DNA of 63,227 nucleotides, counting the filler. It is 7 parts of 7 records of this genome, joined end to end, with 100 filler letters (N's around TTAATTAATTAA, not from the genome) between each part and the next. Parts side by side here need not be neighbours in the genome. Positions count along the whole stretch, not along the records: positions 10,591 to 34,296 come from SRR31156797_7807; 6 more parts are not named here. One strand, written 5' to 3'. Below the pieces are notes generated by a model, which worked only from the letters and a program-made list of their open reading frames with translations, did not search any database and was not told the origin of the DNA. Numbering within the stretch: position 1 is the stretch's first letter; the number at the start of each line of letters is the position of its first letter. Shown here piece after piece: positions 19,667-30,700 of this stretch. The position numbers and the translations under genes were made by a program.

Positions 19667-20140
19667 TTATTGGGTTAATCCTACCTGGTTAAGTAAATTT
19701 TTTAGGTAGGTTCCGGTTGTCGGGTCATCTTCCGGAGGAGCCCATGGAGCAAAGTTTTTGGCCGTTGCCGGTATGTATGGCCCTTCTTTAATTTCATATG
19801 CTACCGATCCGGATTCCAGTGATGCCAGTGAATGATATGTTTTTGCGGGTATTTCAACACCAAATTTCCCTTGCCTGGCATCCAGAATGGTGTGGTCGGT
19901 AATGTTTCCTGAATCATCAAAAATCAGGATGAGGAACCTTCCTCTCAAACAAAGAAAAACCTCAAAACGATCAGGATTTTCATGCTTGTGCGGCTGAATG
20001 TAAGTGCCGGGCTCCATCGCATTAAGCAAACGGTTAATCGGGTCTTCAAGGTTGTGAAAGTTGTAGTTCATGCGCAACCTTGGAGAATCTTTGGCCCTTT
20101 GTATTGTTTGCTCAATAAATCTGTCGTCGATTTTAATCAT
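19667..20140 (-). CDS. WbuC-family cupin-fold metalloprotein
   Basis: SPRLRMNYNFH, EPGTYIQPHKH, EIKEGPY, FAPWAP. Confidence 0.85.
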   Translation of the reverse strand: MIKIDDRFIEQTIQRAKDSPRLRMNYNFHNLEDPINRLLNAMEPGTYIQPHKHENPDRFEVFLCLRGRFLILIFDDSGNITDHTILDARQGKFGVEIPAKTYHSLASLESGSVAYEIKEGPYIPATAKNFAPWAPPEDDPTTGTYLKNLLNQVGLTQ

Positions 20141-20159
20141 GGATGATCATTTAAAGATG

Positions 20160-20167
20160 CAAAACTA
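20160..20167 (-). promoter_or_regulatory. Bacteroidota -7 promoter element (probable wbuC-nhaA-hisS-MTase transcript)
   Basis: TAGTTTTG(CA), 20 nt upstream of the ATG. Confidence 0.55.
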
Positions 20168-20357
20168 CCAAAATTAAGGATTGTTCATTATCAGGGATTG
20201 TGGTTGGTAATTGGCATTAAATCTTTATCAAAAATTCCGTTTTGGAATAGCAATGACAACAAAACATGTGAATGCAGATTATCTGGCTACTAACTTCAAA
20301 AAATGCTAAATGGGGAATAAGTCTTTTTTGGATCAGGCAAACAGGCTCAATCAATGA

Positions 20358-20789
20358 TTAATGCTGTTCATACTTGGTCTGGAATGCCAGGGCATACATT
20401 TTCATTTGTTTGATCATAGAAACCAGCCCATTGGATCTGGTGGGCGAGAGATGTTCTTTTAATCCAACCTCATCAATAAAGTCAAGTTTGGCATCGAGGA
20501 TGGCAGTAGGAGTTTGTCCTGAGAGAGTCCTGATCAGCATATTTACAATACCCTTGGTGATGACGGCATCGCTATCTGCCGAAAAAAAAATTTTACCGTC
20601 TTTATATTCGGCATGCAGCCAAACACTCGACTGGCAGCCGGTGATAAGATTTTGTTTGATTTTAAATTTTGGATCGATCATGGGCAAATCTTTCCCCATC
20701 TCGATGATATAATTGTATTTTTCGAGCCAGTCCTCGAAATTTTCAAATTCAGCTACAATCTGTTTTTCTTTGTCTTCTATCGTATTCAT
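20358..20789 (-). CDS. sufE: Fe-S cluster assembly sulfur acceptor SufE
   Basis: GCQSSVW, DSDAVITKG, HLSPTRSNGL. Confidence 0.95.
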   Translation of the reverse strand: MNTIEDKEKQIVAEFENFEDWLEKYNYIIEMGKDLPMIDPKFKIKQNLITGCQSSVWLHAEYKDGKIFFSADSDAVITKGIVNMLIRTLSGQTPTAILDAKLDFIDEVGLKEHLSPTRSNGLVSMIKQMKMYALAFQTKYEQH

Positions 20790-20861
20790 TAATCAATGAT
20801 TTTTAAAGCGTTCAAAAATAATCAATCCAAAAATTGTGGGCAAGTTTATGATCAAGGCTTG

Positions 20862-22091
20862 TTATGTTAGCATTTCCATGCTTTTTGTAATAGTCTCAAC
20901 TAGTTTGTCTACCTCCTGTTTTGTGTTGTACATGGCAAATGAAGCCCTAATGAAACCCGGTATTTCAAAATAATCCACAAGCGGCTGTGTGCAAAGATGT
21001 CCGGTTCTAACGGCCACGCCAAATTTATCCATCAATGTACCGGCATCATAGGAGTGGATATTGGTAAACCCAAAGGAGATCACCGCTGTTTTACGTGATG
21101 CTTCTCCAAAAATTTTCAGTCCTTCAATTTCGAGCAATCTATCTGTGGCATAATCCAAAAGATTGTCTTCGTAGGCTGTAAGACCTTCTATCCCTGCCTC
21201 CTGCATATATTTTATCGCAGCTTCCAAACCCAGTGCACCTCCAACATTTGGTGTGCCGGCCTCAAATTTAAATGGCAGCTCATTATAGGTTGTTTTTTCG
21301 AATGTAACGGTTGATATCATTTCACCGCCACCCTGGTATGGGTTCATCTTTTCAAGAATTTCTTCTTTGCCGTAAAGGATTCCAACACCCATGGGGGCAT
21401 ACATTTTATGTCCCGAAAAACAATAGAAATCACAATCCATATCCTGCACATCAACCTCCATATGTGCCACTGCCTGTGCACCATCAATTAAAACATAAGC
21501 ACCGGCACCGTGTGCTTTTTTGGTGAGCACCTTTGCCGGATTAATGGTTCCTAAAGCATTCGAAACTTGGTTAAAAGCAACAATTCGTGTTTTATCATTC
21601 AACTTTTTTTCGAAGTCCAAAACATCAATTTCCCCTTTTGGGGTGATGTTGCAAACTTTTAAAACTGCCCCGGTTTGTTCACAGATCATTTGCCAGGGAA
21701 CAATATTTGAATGGTGTTCCATGTAGGTGATCAGCACTTCATCACCAGCTTTGAGCAGGTTGCGACCAAGTGCGTTTGCCACAAGATTGATGGAATCGGT
21801 GGTTCCTTTGGTAAATATGATCTCTGATTTGCTTTTGGCATTTATGAAAGATTTCACGGTTTCGCGGGCCTGTTCATATGCAGAAGTAGCCTCCTGGCTC
21901 AGGAAGTGTACGCCACGATGGATATTGCTGTTTTCGTGTTCGTAATAGTTGCGCATCCTGTTAAGCACCTGAGCAGGTTTTTGCGTGGTAGCGGCATTGT
22001 CCAGGTAAACCAGCTGGCGCTTATAAACTTGTTGGTTTAAAACCGGGAAGTCGTTTCTAATTTTATCTATGTCGATTTTAAATTCTGTCAT
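20862..22091 (-). CDS. sufS: Cysteine desulfurase SufS
   Basis: YLDNAATTQKP, EHHSNIVPW, FSGHKMY (PLP Lys), RTGHLC; adjacent to sufE. Confidence 0.95.
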   Translation of the reverse strand: MTEFKIDIDKIRNDFPVLNQQVYKRQLVYLDNAATTQKPAQVLNRMRNYYEHENSNIHRGVHFLSQEATSAYEQARETVKSFINAKSKSEIIFTKGTTDSINLVANALGRNLLKAGDEVLITYMEHHSNIVPWQMICEQTGAVLKVCNITPKGEIDVLDFEKKLNDKTRIVAFNQVSNALGTINPAKVLTKKAHGAGAYVLIDGAQAVAHMEVDVQDMDCDFYCFSGHKMYAPMGVGILYGKEEILEKMNPYQGGGEMISTVTFEKTTYNELPFKFEAGTPNVGGALGLEAAIKYMQEAGIEGLTAYEDNLLDYATDRLLEIEGLKIFGEASRKTAVISFGFTNIHSYDAGTLMDKFGVAVRTGHLCTQPLVDYFEIPGFIRASFAMYNTKQEVDKLVETITKSMEMLT

Positions 22092-22256
22092 TTCCGAGAA
22101 TGATTTGTTGAAAAACGCAAAGTAATATTTTTATTATTTCCTTTTCAGATTTCCTTCTGCTATTCAAACATTAAATATTCAAAAACGCAAAATAATGTTG
22201 CCTTAAAAAAAACCAACCTCGTAAAATTATCATTAACATGAAATTGTTGGGAATGT

Positions 22257-22264
22257 TATATTTG
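22257..22264 (+). promoter_or_regulatory. Bacteroidota -7 promoter element
   Basis: TATATTTG, 24 nt upstream of the kinase ATG. Confidence 0.5.
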
Positions 22265-22287
22265 TAGTTGAATTACACCTCTTAACT

Positions 22288-24336
22288 ATGATTAAGTATC
22301 TCACACTTTCCACACTACTCTTATGCAGCTTCTTTGCATTTACTCAGCAAAACTCAAAAATCGACAGCCTGGAGATGGCCCTTGCTGAAACCGAAGGCAA
22401 CGAGCGATCAGAAATCCTGATGCAGCTTTCCACACTATATGCTACCATTTCGCCTGAGAAATCACTGGAATATGATCTTGAGAACGCAGCCCTTCAGGAA
22501 GAACTTGGGAGCGTAAAAAATTTATCGGGAACTTTAAATAACATCGGTGTAACTTACTACATGATGGGCGATTATGGGAAATCACTTGATTATTTTGAGC
22601 AATCCCTTCAACTGCGAGAGAAGTTAAACGATACGGTCAATATTGTTAAAACCCTGAATAACCTCGGAGTAATCTCTCAAATTACAGGTAATTTTCAAAA
22701 GGCGCTGGAATACCTGACCAGATCACTGATTTTTAAACTCGATTTGAATGATACATTGTCGATCGCAAAAACGCTCAACAACATTGGCGTGATATACAAG
22801 GATGTTAAGGGTTATGAAGATGCTAAAAAGTTTTTGAACCAGGCGCTGGATAATTACCTTGCGGTTGGTGACCTCTCCGGAATTGCTGCTGCCTATAATA
22901 ACCTGGGTCAGGTTTTCGAAGCCCAGGAAGTTGCTGACAGCGCCATGTTCTACTTTCTGAGATCGCTGGAAATCAAGCGTGAAATCAATGATGAACGCGG
23001 CATTGCAAATACCCTGAATAACCTTGCCATACTTTATTATACCAAAGATGATGATCAACAGGCTGAAGAATTATTTATGGAGGCTGTTGAGATCCGAAGA
23101 AGGATCGGGGATGCGTTTGGACTGGCATCTTCACTTAATTACCTAGGAAATTTATATTTACAGCAGGGCAAATATCAAAAGTCCAGTGCATTTTTCCTGG
23201 AAAGTAACAATATAGCACTAAATGAAAACCTGTCAGGAATTCAACAACGAAATTATGCCGGGCTGTCTCAACTTTATGAAAAGACCGGGGAACCATTGAA
23301 AGCACTGGAGTTTTACAAAAAATATTCCGATACTAAAGATGCGGTTTTTGATGATGACCTCAACAAGCAAATTGCAGATCTTAAAGTGCAATACGAATCC
23401 GAAAAAAGTAAACGCGAGCTTGAATTGTACCGGAAGGAAAATGAAATCCAGGAACTTAAAATTGCCAACAGCCAGAAAGAACGAATCCAGTTTATAACGG
23501 GTATCATTTCGTTGTTTTTTGCCAGCGTGTTGGTGTTTGTTTTTTTGCAATATCGTAACAACAAGCGGTTGAACGCACAACTTCAAAAGCATAATCGTCA
23601 ACTCGAAACCCGGGTTAAGGAACGGACCCACGAACTGGAAAATGCCAATGCTACCAAAGACCGTTTTTTCTCCATTATTGCGCATGATCTGAAAAGTCCT
23701 TTTAATGGATTATTGGGATTTGCCGGGTTGCTTAGCTCCGGGTATGATGAGCTTAACGATTTTGAAAAAAGGGATTTTGCAACCATGATAGATGAATCTG
23801 CAACGGGAATTTATAAGCTCCTCGAAAACCTGTTGGATTGGGCATCCTCTCAAACCGGGGCTATCCAGCTAAGCAGCGAAAAACTTGACATTGGCCGGAT
23901 GATTGATGAAATCATCAGGACCAACAAAACACTTGAAGACAAAAAAAACATTTCATCTGAAGTTGTAAATAATGCAAGCCACCAGGCTTTCGCCGATGAG
24001 GATACCGTGAAAACAGTGCTCAGAAACCTGCATAGCAACGCTATAAAATTTACTTTAAAAGGAGGCCGGATAAAATTTTTAATTGCTGATGCTGAAAAGG
24101 ATATGATCAGGATTAGTGTTGAGGACAATGGGGTGGGAATTCGGAAAGAAGACATGGAAAATCTTTTTAATCTTCAGCATAAACACCGTACACACGGCAC
24201 TGAAAAAGAGCCCGGAACCGGTCTTGGCCTTATCCTTTGCAAGGAATTTGTTGAAATAAACGATGGAAAGCTAACTGTGAAAAGTGAGCCGGGAAAAGGA
24301 AGTGTCTTTAGCTTTACCCTGCCTGCATCCAATTAA
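22288..24336 (+). CDS. TPR-containing sensor histidine kinase
   Basis: Signal peptide, LNNIG/LNNLG TPR repeats, one TM helix, IAHDLKSP H-box, SNAIKF N-box, DNGVG and GTGLGL. Confidence 0.93.
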   Translation: MIKYLTLSTLLLCSFFAFTQQNSKIDSLEMALAETEGNERSEILMQLSTLYATISPEKSLEYDLENAALQEELGSVKNLSGTLNNIGVTYYMMGDYGKSLDYFEQSLQLREKLNDTVNIVKTLNNLGVISQITGNFQKALEYLTRSLIFKLDLNDTLSIAKTLNNIGVIYKDVKGYEDAKKFLNQALDNYLAVGDLSGIAAAYNNLGQVFEAQEVADSAMFYFLRSLEIKREINDERGIANTLNNLAILYYTKDDDQQAEELFMEAVEIRRRIGDAFGLASSLNYLGNLYLQQGKYQKSSAFFLESNNIALNENLSGIQQRNYAGLSQLYEKTGEPLKALEFYKKYSDTKDAVFDDDLNKQIADLKVQYESEKSKRELELYRKENEIQELKIANSQKERIQFITGIISLFFASVLVFVFLQYRNNKRLNAQLQKHNRQLETRVKERTHELENANATKDRFFSIIAHDLKSPFNGLLGFAGLLSSGYDELNDFEKRDFATMIDESATGIYKLLENLLDWASSQTGAIQLSSEKLDIGRMIDEIIRTNKTLEDKKNISSEVVNNASHQAFADEDTVKTVLRNLHSNAIKFTLKGGRIKFLIADAEKDMIRISVEDNGVGIRKEDMENLFNLQHKHRTHGTEKEPGTGLGLILCKEFVEINDGKLTVKSEPGKGSVFSFTLPASN

Positions 24337-24380
24337 CCGAATAAAACATTCAGTGTATTCCGAAAATTGCCGATCAATCC

Positions 24381-24388
24381 TATCTTTG
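24381..24388 (+). promoter_or_regulatory. Bacteroidota -7 promoter element for mazG
   Basis: TATCTTTG(CC); implies the true start is at or after the ATG at 24406. Confidence 0.55.
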
Positions 24389-24405
24389 CCGCCGCAAGAA
24401 TATTC

Positions 24406-25200
24406 ATGTCACAAAAAACACCACTTGTAATGCAGGAAAAATTAGCCGCTTTCGAACGGTTACTCAACATTATGGAAGACCTACGTGCCGGATGCCCGTG
24501 GGATCAAAAGCAAACACTCGAAAGTCTCAGATATCTTACCATTGAGGAAACCTACGAACTTTCTGATTCCATTCTTGAAAAAGATATGGACGGCATAAAA
24601 AAAGAGCTTGGCGACCTGATGTTGCATCTGGTTTTTTATGCGAAAATAGGATCCGAAACCGGTGATTTTGACATCAAAGATGTATTGGACAGCATCAGCG
24701 AAAAACTCATCGAGCGTCACCCCCATATTTATGGTGATGTAAAAGTGCAGAATGCCGATGATGTAAAGAATAACTGGGAAAAAATCAAAATGAAAGAAAA
24801 AGACCGTAAGTCTGTTCTGAGCGGTGTTCCCAAGTCGTTACCTGCCATGGTAAAGGCTTATCGAATGCAGGAAAAGGCAAGCGGCGTAGGTTTCGATTGG
24901 TCCAATACGGGTGATGTGTGGGAAAAAGTTGGCGAAGAGATCAAGGAACTCAAGGATGAGGTGGAAATTGGTGATCACGAAAAAATGGAGAAAGAATTTG
25001 GTGACCTGTTATTTTCCCTGGTTAATTATGCCCGGTTTATTGGGGTAAACCCGGAGGATGCCCTGGAGCGTACCAACAAAAAGTTCATCAGGCGGTTCAA
25101 ATACATTGAGGAACAAACCCGTAAAAACGGGAAAGGACTCAAAGAACTTACATTGAAGGAGATGGATGAATTTTGGGATGAGGCCAAGCAATACGAATAA
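24406..25200 (+). CDS. mazG: Nucleoside triphosphate pyrophosphohydrolase MazG
   Basis: CPWDQKQT, EETYE, ELGDL, RHPHIYG, EFGDLLF (tandem MazG domains). Confidence 0.95.
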   Translation: MSQKTPLVMQEKLAAFERLLNIMEDLRAGCPWDQKQTLESLRYLTIEETYELSDSILEKDMDGIKKELGDLMLHLVFYAKIGSETGDFDIKDVLDSISEKLIERHPHIYGDVKVQNADDVKNNWEKIKMKEKDRKSVLSGVPKSLPAMVKAYRMQEKASGVGFDWSNTGDVWEKVGEEIKELKDEVEIGDHEKMEKEFGDLLFSLVNYARFIGVNPEDALERTNKKFIRRFKYIEEQTRKNGKGLKELTLKEMDEFWDEAKQYE

Positions 25201-25300
25201 TGTAATCCATAGTTCCCGGAATTTATAATATAGAAAGATCATCATAAAACATTTTCGGCTTTTTTACATTTAATACTATCCGAATCACAATTTTTTTGTC

Positions 25301-26158
25301 TTGAATATCAGCAAACTGTTTCATTTTACCCAACGGGCTCATGCGTTTTCCCATAGCTGGCTATTGTTCGTTTTGGTATTTATCTTTTCTTTAGGCGCAC
25401 ATCCACAGCAATGCGACAGCGCATATCTCAAACTGGATAAAGAGTATTTATTGAGCTACATTGATGATGCCGGCGATATTGCGACTTCTCCTTTCCGCTG
25501 GGACAAAAATGAATGGCTGGGTTTTGCCGGTGTGACCGCGGCAACACTGGTTGTTTATTCACAGGATGCCCAAATCAGAGAGTTTTTTCAGCGTAACAGA
25601 ACAGAACAGAAAGATGAATTCACCAAGCACTTCTTCGATCCACTGGGAACATATTACCTCGTTGGGATTGTGGGAGGAATGTACATCTATGGCCTTGCCA
25701 CCAAAAATCAAAAAGCTGAAACTGCGGCCTTGCTCACAGGCAAAGCCGTTGCACTTACAGGGGCCTACACTTTCCTTTTTAAAAACCTCTTTCAGCGGAA
25801 ACGCCCCTACGAGGCCGATCCTCCTGACCCAAACTACTGGGGCGGCCCATTCGACGGGTTTCACCATAACTCATTTCCTTCAGGGCACACTTCAGTAGTT
25901 TTTGCCGCCGCCACTGTTTTGAGTGGTTATTACCGCGAAAAAACATGGGTGGGGATCACAGCTTTTTCATTGGCCGGGCTTGTGGCAATTTCCAGAAACT
26001 ATGATGATAAACATTGGGCCAGCGACATAGTAGCCGGAGCAGCACTCGGCTATTCCATCGGGAAACTGGTTTGCAACAAGCAGCGTAAAAAAGCACTGCA
26101 AGTCACACCCTATGGCAGCCTTTACGGGCAGGGGATTTCGTTAACTTATTCCTTCTGA
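25301..26158 (+). CDS. PAP2-family phosphatase
   Basis: K..FQRKRP, SFPSGH and SR....KHW.SD motifs; start uncertain. Confidence 0.85.
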   Translation: MNISKLFHFTQRAHAFSHSWLLFVLVFIFSLGAHPQQCDSAYLKLDKEYLLSYIDDAGDIATSPFRWDKNEWLGFAGVTAATLVVYSQDAQIREFFQRNRTEQKDEFTKHFFDPLGTYYLVGIVGGMYIYGLATKNQKAETAALLTGKAVALTGAYTFLFKNLFQRKRPYEADPPDPNYWGGPFDGFHHNSFPSGHTSVVFAAATVLSGYYREKTWVGITAFSLAGLVAISRNYDDKHWASDIVAGAALGYSIGKLVCNKQRKKALQVTPYGSLYGQGISLTYSF

Positions 26159-26189
26159 TCAGGTAGGATTACGAAAACCCTTTGTTTTT

Positions 26190-27467
26190 TTATAAACCTT
26201 CCTTCCTGTACACCACCTGCAACGTACTCCTGCTTCTTTGCTCCAGGAAGATATCACATCCGGTAAGCCTTTCCTTTACAATTTCATCTGTAAAATGGCG
26301 AATGGTAAGCAATTCCAGACCTTCGTTATACCGGATTTCAAAACGATCTTTCAATGCTTCGATTAAAGAATCCAGTTTGTGGCCGGGATGGTTGATGCAG
26401 GCTGTAAAGCTGATGGCAGAGTTTTGCATCAGGTTTACCTTAATGTTGAGATCGTTGAAAGCGCCAAACAAAGTATGCAGTTCGGCCTCGGTAATGAAAG
26501 AAAAATCCCTGGCTGAGAACGACACCAAAACCTGATCCTTCTTCAGGATAAAAAATGGCAAAAGTGTATCTGATTTTTCACTGGTATGAATTATTGTGCC
26601 TGAAGCTTCAGGATAGTAAAAGGAATTGATAATTAGCGGGATGTTTTTGTTTTGAAGAGGTTTTATGGTTTTGGGATGCAAAATTTTGGCTCCGTAAAAA
26701 GCCAGTTCGATGGTTTCACGATATGAGATCCGTTCTATTTTTTGTGTATTGTTAAAATATACCGGGTCGGCATTGAGCAGCCCCTCAACATCCTTCCAAA
26801 CTACCACTGAGTCTGCATCCAGGCAATATGCAAAAACCGATGCTGTAAAATCGGAACCCTCGCGCCCAAGGGTGGTCCTGTTCCCGTTCACTGTACTCCC
26901 GATAAATCCTTGGGTAATGATGATATGTCCCGGATTTTCTTCAAAGGTGTTTCTGATATTTTTATTGATCAGGGCCGAAGTCTTTTCCCAGTTTATGGCA
27001 GCATCCCTGAAATTGTTGTTGGTTTTGATGAGCGATGGGGCAGGCATCAAGATGTTTTTCAGGCCTGTTTCGTCAAACCAGGCGCTGATGATGGCGGTAG
27101 ATAAAAGCTCACCGTAAGGAACGACACGGTCATAAAACTCATCAAATTCAAAATCGGTCATTGCTGCATAATCGCGGATATTGCCCATGAGACCGTCAAG
27201 GAGACTAAAAGCCGGGTTGCTTTCATCATCGAACAGCCCTTCTAAAATCTCCCTGTGAAATTGCTCAATGGTATATATTTTATCTTCCACATCCGGCTGT
27301 TTATGCCAGGCTGTTTTCACCACTTCCTCAAAAGCATTGGTCATTTTGCCCATGGCCGAAAAAACCACAACAAGTTGCTCTTCTTCAAACTGCTGCAAAA
27401 TGGAGGCAACATTTTTCACAGCATCAGCACTTTTTACCGATGCTCCGCCAAATTTGAATATTTTCAT
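26190..27467 (-). CDS. lysC: Monofunctional aspartate kinase
   Basis: FKFGGASV, VFSAMGK, TTLGREGSDFTA, WKDVEG, GAKILHPKT. Confidence 0.92.
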   Translation of the reverse strand: MKIFKFGGASVKSADAVKNVASILQQFEEEQLVVVFSAMGKMTNAFEEVVKTAWHKQPDVEDKIYTIEQFHREILEGLFDDESNPAFSLLDGLMGNIRDYAAMTDFEFDEFYDRVVPYGELLSTAIISAWFDETGLKNILMPAPSLIKTNNNFRDAAINWEKTSALINKNIRNTFEENPGHIIITQGFIGSTVNGNRTTLGREGSDFTASVFAYCLDADSVVVWKDVEGLLNADPVYFNNTQKIERISYRETIELAFYGAKILHPKTIKPLQNKNIPLIINSFYYPEASGTIIHTSEKSDTLLPFFILKKDQVLVSFSARDFSFITEAELHTLFGAFNDLNIKVNLMQNSAISFTACINHPGHKLDSLIEALKDRFEIRYNEGLELLTIRHFTDEIVKERLTGCDIFLEQRSRSTLQVVYRKEGL

Positions 27468-27487
27468 GAATGATTGATTTGAAAGAA

Positions 27488-27495
27488 CAAAAGTA
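27488..27495 (-). promoter_or_regulatory. Bacteroidota -7 promoter element for lysC
   Basis: TACTTTTG, 21 nt upstream of the ATG. Confidence 0.55.
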
Positions 27496-27779
27496 TGGAA
27501 AGTGAGGAAAAGTTCATAAAGTGTGCTAAAGTGAGCTTATGTTTATAAATTTAGCTAAAGTTGATAAAGATGAGCGTTATTGGGTGAACGCAAAAGCAGG
27601 ATTGAATAACAAATAGTATAAAACTGAATTCTCCTGACAATAGTGATGCCCCTGGCAGGACTTCTGATATCAACCCTGATTCCATATCACAAACTCATTT
27701 TTACCCTTAAAATAACATCGGCATTTGGTCGTTTGGTAGTAGATTTAGCAGGCAAAATTTGGCAAAAGTAAAAAGCAGC

Positions 27780-30700
27780 ATGAATATCAAACCGTTAGTA
27801 ACCATTCTGGTTATCTTCACTTTAATGTTCCCAATGTTTTCTTCCGCTCAGCAAACCAGGATTTACGATGATCCGGAAGCATCCTACAATTTGGGGCTTG
27901 ACCTTGTTGAAAAAAAGCAGTTTGGCGCAGCCCAGGATATTTTTCATGAGTTGCTCGATGATTTACCCGCCGGAGAATCGGTGATGCGGCTGGATGCCCA
28001 GTATTTTGACGCCCTGTGCGATTATAAGCTTGACCATCCGGAGGCCGGGCAAAAATTCAAAAACTTTATCCGATTTTATCCGGATCACAGCAAAACCAAT
28101 GAAGCACATCTTTACCTTGGTTTTATCGAATACGAAAATAGGCGGTATCGGGATGCAATTGAGGAGTTTACGAAAGTTGATCCCTACCTGCTTACGCCGG
28201 AACAAATGTCGGAATACCTTTATAAAATGGGTTACAGCCACATGCAGCGTGAGGAATACGATAAGGCCAAAGAGGTGCTTTTCCCGATTTTAAATGCCGA
28301 AAGCGATTACAAAGATGCCGCAAATTACTACTATGCACACATCGCATACATAGAACAGGATTATGATGAGGCCCTGAAGTATTTCAACCAACTGGATAAA
28401 CAATCAGAGTTTGGCCAGGAGATACCTTTTTATGTGCTTCAGATCAACTACACCAAACGTAACTACGATGAAATAGTAAGCATCGGCCCCGGTGTAATTG
28501 ATAATGATATCTCCGACAAAAAGAAAAAAGCTGAGGCGTCCAGGATTGTGGCTCAGGCATTTTACGTTAAGGAGGATTACAACAAGGCGCTGAATTATTT
28601 TGAGGTTTACAAGGAAAACGTCAGACAATCATTTACACGAGAAGAATATTACCAGCTGGCCTACGCCTACTATAAAACCAGAGATTATGAGAACGCCATC
28701 AGCCAGTTTCAGAAGGTAACCCGGATACAGGATGAAATGGCGCAAAATGCATTTTATCACCTGGCGGATTGCTACCTCGAAACCGGCGAAAAAAAGTTTG
28801 CACAAAACGCATTTTATTCGGCATACCAGATCGAAGGCAATGAAAAAATCCGCGAAGATGCACTTTTCAATTATGCGAAACTAACTTATGAAATTGCCTA
28901 CGATCCGTTTAACAGCTCCATCCAGGCACTAACACAATACATATCCGATTATCCAGGCTCCGACCGGATCGATGAGGCCTATATGTACCTGACCAACATC
29001 TTTCTGTCAACCAAAGACTACCAAACGGCCATTGATGCCATCGAACGGATCAGGGTGAAAAATCGCGATCTCAAGTCCGCTTATCAGCGGATAACCTATC
29101 AGCGAGCCATCCAGCTTTTTAATGCGGTGAAATACCAGGACGCTTTGCTGAATTTCAACAAATCGCTGGCCAATAACTACGACAGTGAAATTACGGCCAG
29201 GACACGCTACTGGACAGGCGAAACACATTTCAGGTTGGGCAATTATACCAAAGCCATCGATTATTACGATGATTTTATGGTTTCGCCGGGAGCCTATGAA
29301 ATGGACATCTATCCCATGACCAAATACAACATGGGGTATGCCTATTTCAAATTGAAGTATTACGACAATGCTGTGTTAACTTTTGAGCAGTTTGTAAAAA
29401 GGCCTATGAAAAACCGTGAAGATTTTGTAACGGATGCCAGGCTCCGGATGGGCGATTGCTATTTCATTACCCAAAACTACGAAGAGGCCGTTGTCGAATA
29501 TGAAAGGGCCATCGACAGGGAATCTCCGGATAAGGATTATGCCTATTTTCAGAAGGCACTTTCAGAAGGTGCGCTTGGTAACAATACAGAGAAAATCAGT
29601 ACGCTGAAAATGATTACCCGTGAATATCCAAGCTCAAATTACACGGACGATGCATATTACGAAATTGCCGAATCATACCTTTTGCTCAACGATAACAAAA
29701 ATGCGTTGAGTTGGTACGATAACCTGATGAATGCTTTCCCAAAAAGCAGCTATGTTATTAAAGCACTGCAAAAAAGCGGGTTGATCCATTACAACAACAA
29801 CAATTACAACGCTGCCCTCAGCATACTGAAAAAGATCGTAAATGACTACCCGGGGACACCAGAAGCCAACGAAGCTCTTTCAACCATCCGGAATATTTAT
29901 ATCGATAAAAACGCTGTTGGTGAATATTACGCCTATGCCGAAACAGTTCCATTTGCCAATGTTACGGTGAGTGAGCAGGATTCCATTACCTACCTGGCTG
30001 CCGAAATGATATACATGAACAACAACTGTCCGGGAGCAGTGAATGCGTTTGGTGGTTACAAGGAACAGTTTCCCAATGGGGCGTTTATTCTTAATGCAAG
30101 TTACTACAAAGCCGAATGTGATTATAAGCTGGGCAACACCGAAGACGCACTCGTCGGGTACAATTTTGTGCTCGACTATCCAAAGTCAAGGTTCACCGAG
30201 AATGCGTTGGTTCGTGCAGGTGAACTGAACCTCTTGTTTGAGAATTACGCAGCTGCTCTGGAGAATTTTACGCGGCTTGAAGAAGCTGCAGATTATCAGA
30301 ATAATATCACCGTGGCAGTGAACGGACAACTGATTTGTAATTATCATCTTGGAAACTACCAGGAGGCCATTCAGGTTTCAGAACGATTGTTGGCTATGAA
30401 CAAGTTGAACAACGAGCAATTGTTGAACGCACATTATATCACTGCAAAATCAGCCCTGGCCATCGACAACCTGGAAGTGGCCACCCGCGAATTTGAAACC
30501 ACCAATGAGCTTTCTGACGGTGAAAAAGGTGCCGAAGCGAAATACATGCTGACCTCCATCCAGTTTAAGTTGGAAAACTACCAAAAGGCTGAGGAGATGG
30601 TTTTTGAACTGGTGAACGAATATCCTGCATTTGAATACTGGAAAGCCAAAGCTTTTATTATGCTGGCTGATATTTATGCTGCAAATGATAATACTTTCCA

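Noticed and set aside
27500-27575. Short GCTAAAGT/AAAGT repeats between lysC and the TPR gene
   Set aside because: Degenerate, irregularly spaced and too short to call an element.
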